DNA from: a virus
Taxonomy: Duplodnaviria > Caudoviricetes
Virus record (IMG/VR): IMGVR_UViG_3300045966_000076
Location: 1-54,011 of that record
Reading direction: 5' to 3' (one strand)
DNA length: 54,011 nucleotides
The notes beneath the pieces were generated by a model. It made no database searches and was not told the origin of the DNA. It worked only from the letters and a program-made list of their open reading frames with translations. Positions 36,902 through 46,449 of this stretch are shown piece by piece. The position numbers and the translations under genes were made by a program. Each line of letters starts with the position of its first letter. The stretch's first letter is position 1.

Positions 36902-37448
36902 CGGCGGCCTTGCTCTTCGCGAAGTTCAGCTCGTGCGCCATGTTCTTGTCGAAGACGTCGAGCACTTTCTGGATGCCCTGCGGGCGGTGTTTGCCGAAGA
37001 CGTGCCCGATCGACGGGCCGAACTTCTCGTCAATCGGCAGGCGCCGCGCGCCGGGAACGCGGACGAAGACGCCGCGATGTCCGCTGCGCATCGTCGCGAT
37101 GAAGGCCTCGCGGATGCGACCGCGCCCGCCCTTCAGCCGGTAGCTCACCCCGCCGCCCTTGCCGCGCGACGGCTCGGGCCCGCGCGCGCCGAACTTGATG
37201 AGCGGGATCCGTTTGAGCGAGGCGAAGATGGCGGCCGACGGGCGCGAGATCGTCGCGTCGGCTTTGCGCATCGCGGCCTTTACGTCGCTCTGCTTGAGGC
37301 CGGTGTCGGCCGCGATCAGCCGGGCCATCAGGGTATTGCCGGCGAGGATGGACCGATTGAGCGCGCGGACCAGCGCGCGCGTGACGGCCTGCGGCTTCTC
37401 CTTGAAGTCCGCGATGATCTCCTTGTCGCCGGTCACGGTCAGCTGCAC
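36885..37448 (-). CDS. Minor tail protein Z-like
   Basis: RALNR...AFIATMRSGHRGVF.R...LPI...GPSI. Confidence 0.85.
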   Translation of the reverse strand: MQLTVTGDKEIIADFKEKPQAVTRALVRALNRSILAGNTLMARLIAADTGLKQSDVKAAMRKADATISRPSAAIFASLKRIPLIKFGARGPEPSRGKGGGVSYRLKGGRGRIREAFIATMRSGHRGVFVRVPGARRLPIDEKFGPSIGHVFGKHRPQGIQKVLDVFDKNMAHELNFAKSKAADAGAD

Positions 37449-37458
37449 TCGATCTCCT

Positions 37459-37827
37459 TCACAGCGCGCGATTCACGGTCACGTACCAGCAGTCGTTCTC
37501 GGCCGGCTGTGGATCGCCCTCGGCGACCCAGTTCACGTTCGCGTCGCCGAGCTTCACCGGCGCGGCGATCGTCGTACCGCGTGGACACGTCGGCACGGCG
37601 GCGACGCCAGTGCCGAGTGTCGTCTTCGGCAGCACGAGGATCCGCCGCGGCTGCGCGTTCCGCCAGTCGGTGCCGTACGGCTGCGCCTCGGCGAGGGGCC
37701 GCAGCCAGAGGCCGCGCGTCGCGATCGGGGTGTCGTTCGGGGCGGGACGGGTCACCGTGACGGGGAACCCGTGGAAGTCAAGGTTCAGCCCGAGCACGAG
37801 GTCACGCGCTGGACCGAAGTCAACCAT
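37459..37827 (-). CDS. Head-tail joining protein (gpFII-like)
   Basis: Synteny, size, beta-rich. Confidence 0.65.
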   Translation of the reverse strand: MVDFGPARDLVLGLNLDFHGFPVTVTRPAPNDTPIATRGLWLRPLAEAQPYGTDWRNAQPRRILVLPKTTLGTGVAAVPTCPRGTTIAAPVKLGDANVNWVAEGDPQPAENDCWYVTVNRAL

Positions 37828-37860
37828 CGTCGACGTTCCCCGCGCCTCGCGGCGCTGCGA

Positions 37861-38211
37861 TTACGCGAGCGCCGCGCCGAGATTGACGCCGGACAGCACG
37901 ACCTTGCCCGTCGCCGACGGGTTGGCCGCCGCCGCGGCCGCAACGCCGGCCCGAAAGTTGCCGGTCGTGACGGTCGTGAAGACCTTCGCCGCCGCGTCCC
38001 AGTTGACCTGCTGCCCTTCGGTCCACGCCTGCGCGCTGACCTTCGCGTGCTCGACGACGCCGGTGCGGACGCCGGTGAACGGCAACGTCTGCGCCTTCGT
38101 TTCGGTCGCGATGACGAGGATGTCGCCGATCTTCTCGCCACGGCCCGAGACGGTGCCGCCCGTCGGGGCGGTGTAGGTGAGAACGTCGCCTTCCTGCACA
38201 AAGTTCTTCAT
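37861..38211 (-). CDS. DUF2190-family capsid cement protein
   Basis: MKNFVQEGD..; K...QAW..GQ.V.WD. Confidence 0.85.
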   Translation of the reverse strand: MKNFVQEGDVLTYTAPTGGTVSGRGEKIGDILVIATETKAQTLPFTGVRTGVVEHAKVSAQAWTEGQQVNWDAAAKVFTTVTTGNFRAGVAAAAAANPSATGKVVLSGVNLGAALA

Positions 38212-38260
38212 AGCTGCCTCGTCTGTGTGTTCGTGCCTCTGCTCGCCGTTCCCCCGCCCC

Positions 38261-40321
38261 TTACGCGCCGGGGTTCTTGAAGATCGAGCGGAAGTCGGCG
38301 GCCTTGAACTCGGTGTCAAGCCGCGCGCGGAACTTCACGCCGTCCACGTCGAACCCGTCGACCTGGCGCACATCGGGCCCCTCGTTGCCGTCGAGCACGC
38401 CGTAGTAGAGAACCGGCACCCCGGACGCCGCGCCGACCGCGGCGTACCACGAGAGCGTCGACGCGACGTCGAGTCGCGGCTCGACGATGAGCGTGAGCGG
38501 CGTGCGGCCGCCAGGCGCGAACGGGTTCACGTTCGAGGCCTGCTGCGCGGTGATCTGGGTGATCTGCTTCTCCGCGATCGTTTCCTTCGCGGCCGGCACG
38601 ATGAGGTACTGCATCTGCAGGTTCAGCAGCGTCAGCCCGTCGAGGCCCTTCTGCACGCGCAGCGCGGCGCGCGCGGCGCCGAGCGACGTGTCGCTGATGG
38701 CGTCGGAGCTGGCCGACAGGTTGCCGTGCGCGGCGATGAAGAGCGCCAGGCCGTCGCCCATCGTCGGGTTCGTGGTGATCTCGGCCCACGCCAGATCCGA
38801 TTCGAGGTCGCGCGCCTTGCGGCCGAACGCCGCCGGGATGTCGCCGAAGGCGTTGAGGTCGTCGTTGATCAGCGCCTGCCGGGTGATGGCGAAGATGCGG
38901 CCATAGGTCTCCAGCTGGGCCGTCTCCTTGCCCTCGGTGATGGTGCCGTGCGTGAACTCGCCGTGCTCGTTGATCTTCACGAGGCCGGGCGCGTCACCGA
39001 TCTGCACCTGTCGCGACGGCTTGAAGTCCGTCAGACTGACGAGCTTCGCGAGCGGCCGCCAGGTCTGCGGCGCCGCCTCGTACGCCGCGCGCAGATTCTT
39101 CTTCGCGACGTCTTCGAGCAGGATCGGAAAGTCCGACGTCGTGTGGTAGCCGGTGCGCGAGAGCATCGCGTCGACGAGCTGCGAGCGCGTCATCATCGTC
39201 GTCCGCGTGCCGCGCGCGTTGAGGAACGCCCGGCCGATGTCGAGGATGGTCATGCCCCGGTACCGTCGGCCGTTGTCGGTGAGCGGGAAGCAGAGCTGGC
39301 CCTTCGCGTCGACGCGCTCGGCGTCGATGCGGTGCAAGAGCGCCTCGACGATGCCGGCCCGCGCGTGCACGAGCGGATCTTCCTGGCCGGCGATCTCGAC
39401 GCGCCCGCGCGTCGCGCCTTCCGACGGCCCGACGTCCTGGCCCCCGCGCGTCTTCAGCTCGTCGAGGATCCGGGTCTGGCACTCTTCGAGTGTCAGGTCG
39501 GAGTCGATCAGCTGACGCTCCAGCTCGCGCGGCATCCGCGCGGCCTCGCACGCGTTGCGGATGCCCTGCACCCGCGCGCGTTCGGCGGCCCGGCCCCGGT
39601 CAACGTCGTTCGGGGTGAGTGATGCCGGCGGCGGCTGGGCCGGGGGATCCGGCCGCAGCGGACTGTTCTCGGCGATGGTCTCGGCGATGCGGGCAGCGGC
39701 GGTCTGTTCGCCGGCGGCGGCGGTCGGTTCCATGACGGGCTCCTTCGTGCGCGTGATGTACTCGCAGGGATGCGTGGGGACGGCTTTGCCGGAGCGCACC
39801 TGTGCGGCGGCGTCGGCAGGCATGGGAACCAGCGAGATCTCGTACGGCTCCCAGTCGGTGGCGGTGCGGACGGGGATCGAGCCGTCCTCGCCGGTGGTTT
39901 CCTCGAACTTGTGAATGATGTAGCCGACGCTGACGTTGCGGACGATCTTGTCTTTCACGTCGCGCACGATGTCGCGGACCTTCTCGCGCTGCGAGAACCG
40001 CACGCGCGCGACGGCCTTCTTGCCATCGACCTTCGCGGAGTCGTCGACGACGACGCCGATCTGCGCGGCGATGTCCCACGAGCTGTGCGAGTCGAGCAGC
40101 GGGCCGCCGTTGTTCAGGCGATCGAGTCGCACCGCCTTCGGATCCATCGAGAGGCGCTCGACGTACTTCTTGCCCGTCCACCAGTCGGTGCGCATGACCG
40201 GGGCGCCGGTCGAGAAGACGACGTCGACGCTGAGGTCTTTCTCATCGAAGGACCGCGGCTGGAGTTCGGCGAGGCGAGAGAACAGCGGCAGATCGACCGT
40301 CTGCGCTGCAGCGGGGGCCAC
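38261..40321 (-). CDS. Prohead protease-major capsid protein fusion
   Basis: PLLDSH, VSVGY, WEPYEISLVPMPAD; TSDFP, TYGRIFAITRQALINDDL. Confidence 0.92.
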   Translation of the reverse strand: MAPAAAQTVDLPLFSRLAELQPRSFDEKDLSVDVVFSTGAPVMRTDWWTGKKYVERLSMDPKAVRLDRLNNGGPLLDSHSSWDIAAQIGVVVDDSAKVDGKKAVARVRFSQREKVRDIVRDVKDKIVRNVSVGYIIHKFEETTGEDGSIPVRTATDWEPYEISLVPMPADAAAQVRSGKAVPTHPCEYITRTKEPVMEPTAAAGEQTAAARIAETIAENSPLRPDPPAQPPPASLTPNDVDRGRAAERARVQGIRNACEAARMPRELERQLIDSDLTLEECQTRILDELKTRGGQDVGPSEGATRGRVEIAGQEDPLVHARAGIVEALLHRIDAERVDAKGQLCFPLTDNGRRYRGMTILDIGRAFLNARGTRTTMMTRSQLVDAMLSRTGYHTTSDFPILLEDVAKKNLRAAYEAAPQTWRPLAKLVSLTDFKPSRQVQIGDAPGLVKINEHGEFTHGTITEGKETAQLETYGRIFAITRQALINDDLNAFGDIPAAFGRKARDLESDLAWAEITTNPTMGDGLALFIAAHGNLSASSDAISDTSLGAARAALRVQKGLDGLTLLNLQMQYLIVPAAKETIAEKQITQITAQQASNVNPFAPGGRTPLTLIVEPRLDVASTLSWYAAVGAASGVPVLYYGVLDGNEGPDVRQVDGFDVDGVKFRARLDTEFKAADFRSIFKNPGA

Positions 40322-40373
40322 GACACAGAAGGTGCCCGGAACTTCACGCGCTGTGAAGACAGGACCCTACGGA

Positions 40374-40450
40374 TTGATGGCGTTTGATGGCGTTCGGCGA
40401 GAACAGGACCCGGCAAATGTGCCGGGCCCCCCGCGTGGCGCGCGGTTCTC
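40374..40450 (-). promoter_or_regulatory. 10-bp direct repeats plus branched stem-loop upstream of capsid gene
   Basis: TTGATGGCGT x2; GAGAAC/GTTCTC closing two hairpins. Confidence 0.45.
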
Positions 40451-40463
40451 TTCGGTTGGATGA

Positions 40464-40748
40464 CTACTTGACGGGCAGCGGCGAGCCGTCGGCCTGGCAC
40501 TCGGCCGCGTCGCCGTACTTTTCCGGGTGCTTCTTGAAGTCGGCTTTCTCAACCTCGGTGATCGCGCCGGTATCCTGATTCCGGATCCACATTTTGCCGG
40601 GCGCGGTCGGCGGCATCTCCGGTTCGTCCGGCCCGGTCTGGCCGCGCATCGCGTCGTAGGTCTGGACCCCTTCAGGCGGCGGGAAGATCGCGCCCTCGGC
40701 TCGGCCTTTCTTCGCGTCGTTCTTCTCGTCGTCGGCTTTCTTCGTCAT
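40464..40748 (-). CDS. Hypothetical protein
   Basis: ATGA-coupled, RBS GGAGG. Confidence 0.7.
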   Translation of the reverse strand: MTKKADDEKNDAKKGRAEGAIFPPPEGVQTYDAMRGQTGPDEPEMPPTAPGKMWIRNQDTGAITEVEKADFKKHPEKYGDAAECQADGSPLPVK

Positions 40749-41266
40749 CGGTCCCTCCGTCGCCATTTTACTGTCGGCGGCAGACGTCGCTGCAGTCGAC
40801 GCACGAACTCGGCGGGCAGTCGCGGCGCCGTGGTCGGGTCGAACAGGATCAGCTGGTCACGCGGCGAGCCGTCCTGGCGCGAGCCGGCCTCGAGTTTGGC
40901 CTCGACGATCCGGCACCGCGTGTCGGGCCCGAAGCCGCGCTCGGCCCACGTCGTCCAGATCGACAGCATGTGTGCGCGGTACGACGGGTCGTGCACCGGC
41001 TTGCCCTCGACGCGCAGCTGAATCACGTACTTCGGCTTGCCGTCGACGCGGAACTCTTCGACGAACATCGCCGCCGCCGACCCGACTTCGAGCCGCGCGA
41101 AGGTCGCGGCCGATTCCTTCACCTGCAGGAACGTCGGCCGACGGATACTGCCGGCGATGACCTCGATGACCCACTTCGACCAGAGCTGATTCTGGCTGTT
41201 CGGGTCCATCGAGCCGAGGCGGCCGCTCATGCCGGCGATTCTAGCCGAGAGTGGGTACTGCGTCAT
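40745..41266 (-). CDS. Hypothetical protein
   Basis: Globular composition. Confidence 0.7.
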   Translation of the reverse strand: MTQYPLSARIAGMSGRLGSMDPNSQNQLWSKWVIEVIAGSIRRPTFLQVKESAATFARLEVGSAAAMFVEEFRVDGKPKYVIQLRVEGKPVHDPSYRAHMLSIWTTWAERGFGPDTRCRIVEAKLEAGSRQDGSPRDQLILFDPTTAPRLPAEFVRRLQRRLPPTVKWRRRDR

Positions 41267-41302
41267 GGGTCACAAGTCACCAGACTCGACGGCCGACTTG
41301 TG

Positions 41303-41626
41303 CTAGAGCACGCCGTTGAGGCGCACGGCGACGAGGATGACGGCGTCCTTCTCGCGCGGCGGTGATTCGTTCGTCGTCATGTGATTGACGAGCCGATAGT
41401 TGACGTCGATCGTGCCGGCGAGCACGCGCGCGGTCGCCATGCCGCCGGCGACGACCGGGTTGTCGGTCGTCAGTTGGCCGTCGGATGCGCCGCCGGCTTC
41501 GTTCGTGATCGCCCATGTCGACTGCGCGATGCCGGCGCCCTTGAGGTAGTCGGTCCAGTTGACGCCGAGGACGTCCTTGTCGGCCGGCGCTTTCACGAAG
41601 AGCAAGGTAGGCTGCGGCATTCTCAA
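41303..41626 (-). CDS. Ig-like virion fibre adaptor-like protein
   Basis: K.P....GVNW..YL...STW...AG....Y pattern; coupled to fibre gene. Confidence 0.6.
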   Translation of the reverse strand: MRMPQPTLLFVKAPADKDVLGVNWTDYLKGAGIAQSTWAITNEAGGASDGQLTTDNPVVAGGMATARVLAGTIDVNYRLVNHMTTNESPPREKDAVILVAVRLNGVL

Positions 41627-43122
41627 TCCTCCGGCACGCCGACGATGGTGTCGGCGAACTTCATCACGGCGACGGGCGGCGCGGGCATCTCGACGATGGT
41701 GTCGGCGAACTTCATCACGAGGACGACGACCGGCCCCGCCGCCGGCGCGGCACCGCCGCTCACGGTGCCCGCAAACAGCTGCGTCGAGGCCACGTGCGCG
41801 CCGACGATCGCGGTGCCCGTCGAGACCGTGCCGGCGAACAGCTGCGTCGCGCTGACGTGCGCGCCTTCAATGCTGACGCTGACGCTGCCGGCGAACAGCT
41901 GCGTCGCGCTGACGTGCGCCCCAGTAATTGCCAGGCCGAGACTCCCGACGAAGACCTGTGTACTGGCGACGTGCGCGCCCTCGACGGTGACGCTGACGGA
42001 TCCCGCGAAGACCTGCGTCGAGGCGACGTGCGCACCGGCGATCGATCCGGCTTCCGTGACCGTACCCGCGAAGACCTGCGTCGACGAGACATGCGCGCCG
42101 GTCACGTCAATACTGAGACTCCCCGCGAAGATCTGCGTCGACGAGACGTGCGCGCCGGCGATCGCCAGGCCGACAGAGCCGGCGAAGACCAGCGTCGAGG
42201 CCACGTGCGCGCCCTCGACGCTGACGCTCACGGCCCCGGCGAAGATCTGCGTCGACGAGACGTGCGCGCCGCTCACGTCGAGGCCGACCGTCCCGCTGAA
42301 GAGCTGGGTGCTGGCGACGTGCGCGCCCTCGACGGACGGGCTGACTTCTCCGGCGAAGAGCTGCGTCGACGCGACGTGCGCGCCGCTCACGTTCTGGCCG
42401 GAGTCTTCGCTGACTTCCCCGGCGAAGATCTGCGTCGCGCTGACGTGCGCGCCACTCACATCGACGCTGACGCTGCCCGTGAAGATCTGCGTCGACGACA
42501 CATGCGCGCCGCCGACGTCGGCCGTGAAGGTCGACGTCGTGATCCGCGTGCCGGTCGAGCCGTCGACGCCGGTGCGCCAGTTGATGTCGGCCGTTGTCAT
42601 CCCGCCCGCGCCCGTGCGTTCCCACGCGATCTGGATGAAGAGATACTGGTTGGTGATCGTGAACGCGCCGGGGTTGACGGTCAGCGTCGAGTCGAAGTCG
42701 GCCGCCGTCGAGACGTTCGAGACGATCGAGGCGAGCTGCTGGCCGCTCGTGATCTCCGTCGCGTTCGACCCGTCCGCGTCCGCCTTGATGATGCGGAACC
42801 GGACGCGCCCGTCCTGCGCGCCGCCGTTCGTGACAGCCCGCACGACGAAGTGAAAGACCCAGTTGCCAGAGGCGAAACTGCCGGTGAAGGGGAACTGGGA
42901 TCGGAACGCGTCCTTGAGCGTCGTGTCGAGCGAGCCGTCGGGCGGCGTCGTGTTGACGAACGTCGTTGCCGCGCGTTCGACGCCGACCGCGTACTCGCTG
43001 TGCAGGGTCGCGCCGGTCGAGACGACCCAGCCGTCGTTAATCGTGGCGGCGGCTTGATTCGTTTCGGTGATGCGCCGCCAGCCGTCGTCCGTCGCATTAG
43101 CGAGAAAGAGCGTGACCGCCAT
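41623..43122 (-). CDS. Fibre-like protein with 13 GAHV repeats
   Basis: Globular N-domain plus ~19-aa repeats GAHV(S/A)(S/A)T(Q/L)(I/L/V)F.G. Confidence 0.85.
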   Translation of the reverse strand: MAVTLFLANATDDGWRRITETNQAAATINDGWVVSTGATLHSEYAVGVERAATTFVNTTPPDGSLDTTLKDAFRSQFPFTGSFASGNWVFHFVVRAVTNGGAQDGRVRFRIIKADADGSNATEITSGQQLASIVSNVSTAADFDSTLTVNPGAFTITNQYLFIQIAWERTGAGGMTTADINWRTGVDGSTGTRITTSTFTADVGGAHVSSTQIFTGSVSVDVSGAHVSATQIFAGEVSEDSGQNVSGAHVASTQLFAGEVSPSVEGAHVASTQLFSGTVGLDVSGAHVSSTQIFAGAVSVSVEGAHVASTLVFAGSVGLAIAGAHVSSTQIFAGSLSIDVTGAHVSSTQVFAGTVTEAGSIAGAHVASTQVFAGSVSVTVEGAHVASTQVFVGSLGLAITGAHVSATQLFAGSVSVSIEGAHVSATQLFAGTVSTGTAIVGAHVASTQLFAGTVSGGAAPAAGPVVVLVMKFADTIVEMPAPPVAVMKFADTIVGVPED

Positions 43123-43125
43123 CGA

Positions 43126-43311
43126 CTAGAGCTCCGGCAGCGTGATGTCAGGGAAGCCCTGCCGTCGATAGGCCTCGCGTTCGGCGTCGGTGAGTTTGAC
43201 GCGCCACCAGACGAAGTCCATCAGCTGCGCGAGCTGCTCACGGTAGTGTTCCACGCGCTGCTCCAGCGGCAGGTCGGGGCGCTCGCGAAGCGGGTGCGTG
43301 CTCGTCGACAT
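43126..43311 (-). CDS. Hypothetical protein
   Basis: Fills gap in module. Confidence 0.55.
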   Translation of the reverse strand: MSTSTHPLRERPDLPLEQRVEHYREQLAQLMDFVWWRVKLTDAEREAYRRQGFPDITLPEL

Positions 43312-43356
43312 GGCTGGCCGGCGGGACCGTCCCGGAGTCCGGCCCCGCCGAGCGAG

Positions 43357-43767
43357 TTAGAGCGCGAACCAGCCGGAGCTGTGGACGGCGAAGTTGATGT
43401 TGCCGCCCGACGGCGTCACCGGCATCCCGGTCATGCCCGTATCGTAGAAGATCATCAGCCGGCCGTTCGTGACCGTCGTGTCGGCCAGGATCACGGCTTC
43501 GGACTGGTCGCCCGTGACGCTCGCCCACGCGAAGTCGGCACTGTCGAAGGCGCCGTTCGTGCAGGTCTTCGAGGCCAGCGTCGCCTCGGCCACCTTCGCC
43601 GCCGCGGGGACGTCGGTGGCGCCGCCGGAGTACTCATCATGCGCGGCCGAGAACGTGTAATCAGCCAGGTCGATCAGTGCCGCCACGACGGTGTCACCGT
43701 CGAGATCGAGCGCCGTCGAGTTGTCGAGCAGCTGCTGCTTGAACGGGTTGTACAGCGTGTTCGCCAT
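43357..43767 (-). CDS. Conserved fibre-associated structural protein
   Basis: MANTLY..FK...DLD.DT..AL...FD.AD..W...PVTPSGGNI pattern of phage minor structural proteins. Confidence 0.75.
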   Translation of the reverse strand: MANTLYNPFKQQLLDNSTALDLDGDTVVAALIDLADYTFSAAHDEYSGGATDVPAAAKVAEATLASKTCTNGAFDSADFAWASVTGDQSEAVILADTTVTNGRLMIFYDTGMTGMPVTPSGGNINFAVHSSGWFAL

Positions 43768-43792
43768 CGGGGGGCCCTTTCGGTCAGCGGGA

Positions 43793-44026
43793 CTACGACA
43801 TCACGATCGACGACGACCCGGCGGCCTGCGTCGCCGCGTCGGCGCGGGCTCGCGGGAAGAAGTGCGCCTTCACCGGGCCGAGCGTGCGGTGCTCCGGGTC
43901 TTTCCAGCACGGCGTGCAGATCGACTTGTGCACGAAGCGGCCATCGTCGCCGCGCACGACGGCGACGTAGTCGGTTGGTTCCTTCTCGACGATGCCACAG
44001 CCGATGCACGCATTCGGGTGAGCCAT
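43793..44026 (-). CDS. Zn-binding small protein
   Basis: CIGC...CTPC; RBS AGGAGG. Confidence 0.7.
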   Translation of the reverse strand: MAHPNACIGCGIVEKEPTDYVAVVRGDDGRFVHKSICTPCWKDPEHRTLGPVKAHFFPRARADAATQAAGSSSIVMS

Positions 44027-44034
44027 GAATCCTC

Positions 44035-44238
44035 CTACTCGTACGGGCGGCCATAGCGCCGCGCGTCATCTCGACGAATCCGGAAGCGCCCGCTCGGCAG
44101 TCGGAACGCCGGCAGCGCGCCCTTGCGGATGTCGCGGTAGACGGTCTGCACGTCGACGCCCCACTCTTCCGCCAGGCGCGACGGCGAGACCGCCGGCTCG
44201 CTCGGCGGCGACACGTCGAGGGCGCGGTCTCGGCTCAC
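44035..44238 (-). CDS. MerR/excisionase-like HTH protein
   Basis: LAEEWGVDVQTVYRDIRKGALPAFRLPSGRFRI. Confidence 0.85.
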   Translation of the reverse strand: MSRDRALDVSPPSEPAVSPSRLAEEWGVDVQTVYRDIRKGALPAFRLPSGRFRIRRDDARRYGRPYE

Positions 44239-44492
44239 GTCGTCTCCGGCTTCGGGCCCTCGATGACGGCGATCGCCGCCTTGACGCCTCGCTGGTAGCA
44301 GTCCGCGCAGTGCGCGGTGTTCGGGTTCGGGTCGTGGTCGAGTGTGCGCGCCGTCTCGATCCGGGCCCGCATCGCCGCGAGCTGCTCGGCCGCCGTGTCC
44401 TCCGGATCCTCGAGGCGCGGCGCGCGACGGCGTGTCGTGAGATCGATCGCCTGCTCGGGCGTCTGCAGGTCGGCGGCTTTGACGGCGGCCAT
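44235..44492 (-). CDS. Hypothetical protein
   Basis: RBS AGGAG; HCADC. Confidence 0.65.
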   Translation of the reverse strand: MAAVKAADLQTPEQAIDLTTRRRAPRLEDPEDTAAEQLAAMRARIETARTLDHDPNPNTAHCADCYQRGVKAAIAVIEGPKPETT

Positions 44493-44503
44493 CGGTCACT
44501 CTC

Positions 44504-46126
44504 CTAGCGCGCGATGCGCTGCGGGCCGACGCGGACCCGGCGCTCGTCGGCGGCCGGCGCGTCGTCATCGGGTTCGGTCGGCGGTGTGGGTTCGGGTGTC
44601 GTGCTCGCGGCCGCAGGTTTCGCGGTCGGGTCGGCGAACTTGCCGGGCGCCGGCGGCAGCGTCCCGGCCGGGCGGCCCTGCGTCAGTCCGGCCTGGCTCA
44701 TCTGACGCGGGTCACAGTCGAGGATGATGCCCAGCTCGTCGAGCTTCTTGTTGCCGGCCGCGACTTCGTCGAGGAACTCATCCGGATCGTACCCGCGCTC
44801 GCGGATGGTCTCGTACAGCGTGATGAGCCCCGCGCGGATGTTCCGCATGTAGGCGAGGCCTTCGGTCGACGGGTCGACCATCGGCGCCGGCGGCGCCGTC
44901 CATCGCACGTCGGGGATCTCCGACGGAGCCTGATTGACGACGGCGGCCGCGCGCATCGCCCAGCGCCAGACCGGATCGCAGAACTGCGGGATCACGATGC
45001 GCCAGCGCCAGTCTTCGACCCGCGCCTGATGCCGCAGCCGCGACATCCGCGCCGCGCTGAAGGGCATGTCGGTGTAGTCGCCGGTGAGGTCCTCGTACGG
45101 GACGCCGAGGCCGGTGGCGATCGCGCGCAGATTGACCTTCACGTACTCCGGGTACTCGTTGACGGTGGGCGGATTGATGACCTCGACCTTCCGGCCGGCC
45201 GGCACGTTGCCGATCCAGCCGGGTTGGATCGTGTCGAGCGGCGGATCGGCCTCGTCGTCGGTCTCGCCGAGGCCGGCGCCGGTGCTGCTCTCTTCGGTCG
45301 TCAGCACGGCGAGACACGCGGCGATCTTCTGCTTCACGAGCGTCGCATCTTCGTACTCGTCGAAGTCCTTGAAGCGCAGCAGCACCGCGGCGAACCACGT
45401 GAGCCCGCGCACCTGGCCGGGCCGGATCGGGCGGAAGATGTGCCGGATGCCGTCGGCCGGCACGCGCACCGACTGATACGTGAAGCCGAACGTCGAGCCG
45501 GGGTGATCACGGAAGAGCCAGTACGCGACGCGTCGGCCGATGCCGTCGTACTCGACGCCTTGGATGATGCGCGTGCCGTTCGCCCGGATCTCGTCCTTCG
45601 TCGTGTCGATGAAGTCCGGCTCGATCACCTGAATCTGCAGCGGCAGCGCGAAGCCGTCCGACAGACGGCGGATGCGCTCGCGCACGAGGACCTCGCCCGA
45701 CTCGACGACGGTGCGCATGACCAGCTTCTGCAGGCCGTAGAAGTCGTGACGCCCATCGGCATCGCAGTCGGTCGACTCGGCCCAGCGGCGCCAGGCCTCG
45801 TACGTCTTCGGGTTGGGTTTCTTGAGTTTGGCGGTGATGCCCCAGCCGACCGTGTGATCGGCGATCGTCGAGACGGCGCTCTCGGCGTACGGGTTGTTCC
45901 GGACCAGCTCGCGCGCGTGCTCGCGCAGGCGACTGATCGCCGGCCCGATGACCGCGTTCGCATCGCCGCGACTGCGCGGCCAGCCAGCCGTGCGTCGGCC
46001 GGCGCTCGCGGCGTCGTAGTGCCGCCGCCAGACGTCCATCGCGGCGCGCGCGCGCAGACGACGCAAGGTCCAGCGCGGCGCGATCGGGGCGGTGATCTTG
46101 TCGAGCAGCGTGGGCGTGACAGCCAT
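44504..46126 (-). CDS. Portal protein, lambda family
   Basis: YDAAS.GRR, ARELVRNNP, RPGQVRG, YEDLTGDY..FSAAR. Confidence 0.95.
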   Translation of the reverse strand: MAVTPTLLDKITAPIAPRWTLRRLRARAAMDVWRRHYDAASAGRRTAGWPRSRGDANAVIGPAISRLREHARELVRNNPYAESAVSTIADHTVGWGITAKLKKPNPKTYEAWRRWAESTDCDADGRHDFYGLQKLVMRTVVESGEVLVRERIRRLSDGFALPLQIQVIEPDFIDTTKDEIRANGTRIIQGVEYDGIGRRVAYWLFRDHPGSTFGFTYQSVRVPADGIRHIFRPIRPGQVRGLTWFAAVLLRFKDFDEYEDATLVKQKIAACLAVLTTEESSTGAGLGETDDEADPPLDTIQPGWIGNVPAGRKVEVINPPTVNEYPEYVKVNLRAIATGLGVPYEDLTGDYTDMPFSAARMSRLRHQARVEDWRWRIVIPQFCDPVWRWAMRAAAVVNQAPSEIPDVRWTAPPAPMVDPSTEGLAYMRNIRAGLITLYETIRERGYDPDEFLDEVAAGNKKLDELGIILDCDPRQMSQAGLTQGRPAGTLPPAPGKFADPTAKPAAASTTPEPTPPTEPDDDAPAADERRVRVGPQRIAR

Positions 46127-46335
46127 CAGGTGCCTTTGCTCGTGACGGCGTACCGGAACGTCGGCGGCCCGTCGCCGGCGAGCGCCGCGGTGCCCTCGAT
46201 CTCGGCGAGCAGGTCGCGCATCTGTTTGAGATCGTGGAAGGTGATCGTCTGGTCGCTGAAGGTGATCGTCTTCGCGCCCTTGGCGGCGACGATTGCCGCC
46301 CTCAGCGCATCAGCGTCGGCTTGCGTCCACGGCAT
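46126..46335 (-). CDS. Head-tail joining protein gpW-like
   Basis: WTQ...L..AI..G...F.D..ITF; precedes portal. Confidence 0.85.
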   Translation of the reverse strand: MPWTQADADALRAAIVAAKGAKTITFSDQTITFHDLKQMRDLLAEIEGTAALAGDGPPTFRYAVTSKGT

Positions 46336-46349
46336 CTATCACCTGCCAT

Positions 46350-46389
46350 AAAAAAAACCCGACACCCTGCGGTCAGGCAGGATGCCGGG
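46350..46389 (-). terminator. Strong intrinsic terminator upstream of head genes
   Basis: CCCGGCATCCTGC-loop-GCAGGGTGTCGGG-T8. Confidence 0.85.
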
Positions 46390-46449
46390 CTTCTCCACTT
46401 GCGCCAGGCGGCAACGGATCGAGCGGTTGTCGCCGCCTATTCTACGCGA

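Noticed and set aside
41760-42512. Diversity-generating retroelement repeats
   Set aside because: No reverse transcriptase; variation is codon-level, not adenine-specific
44035-44238. Excisionase implying integration
   Set aside because: No integrase seen; location in head module fits a regulator
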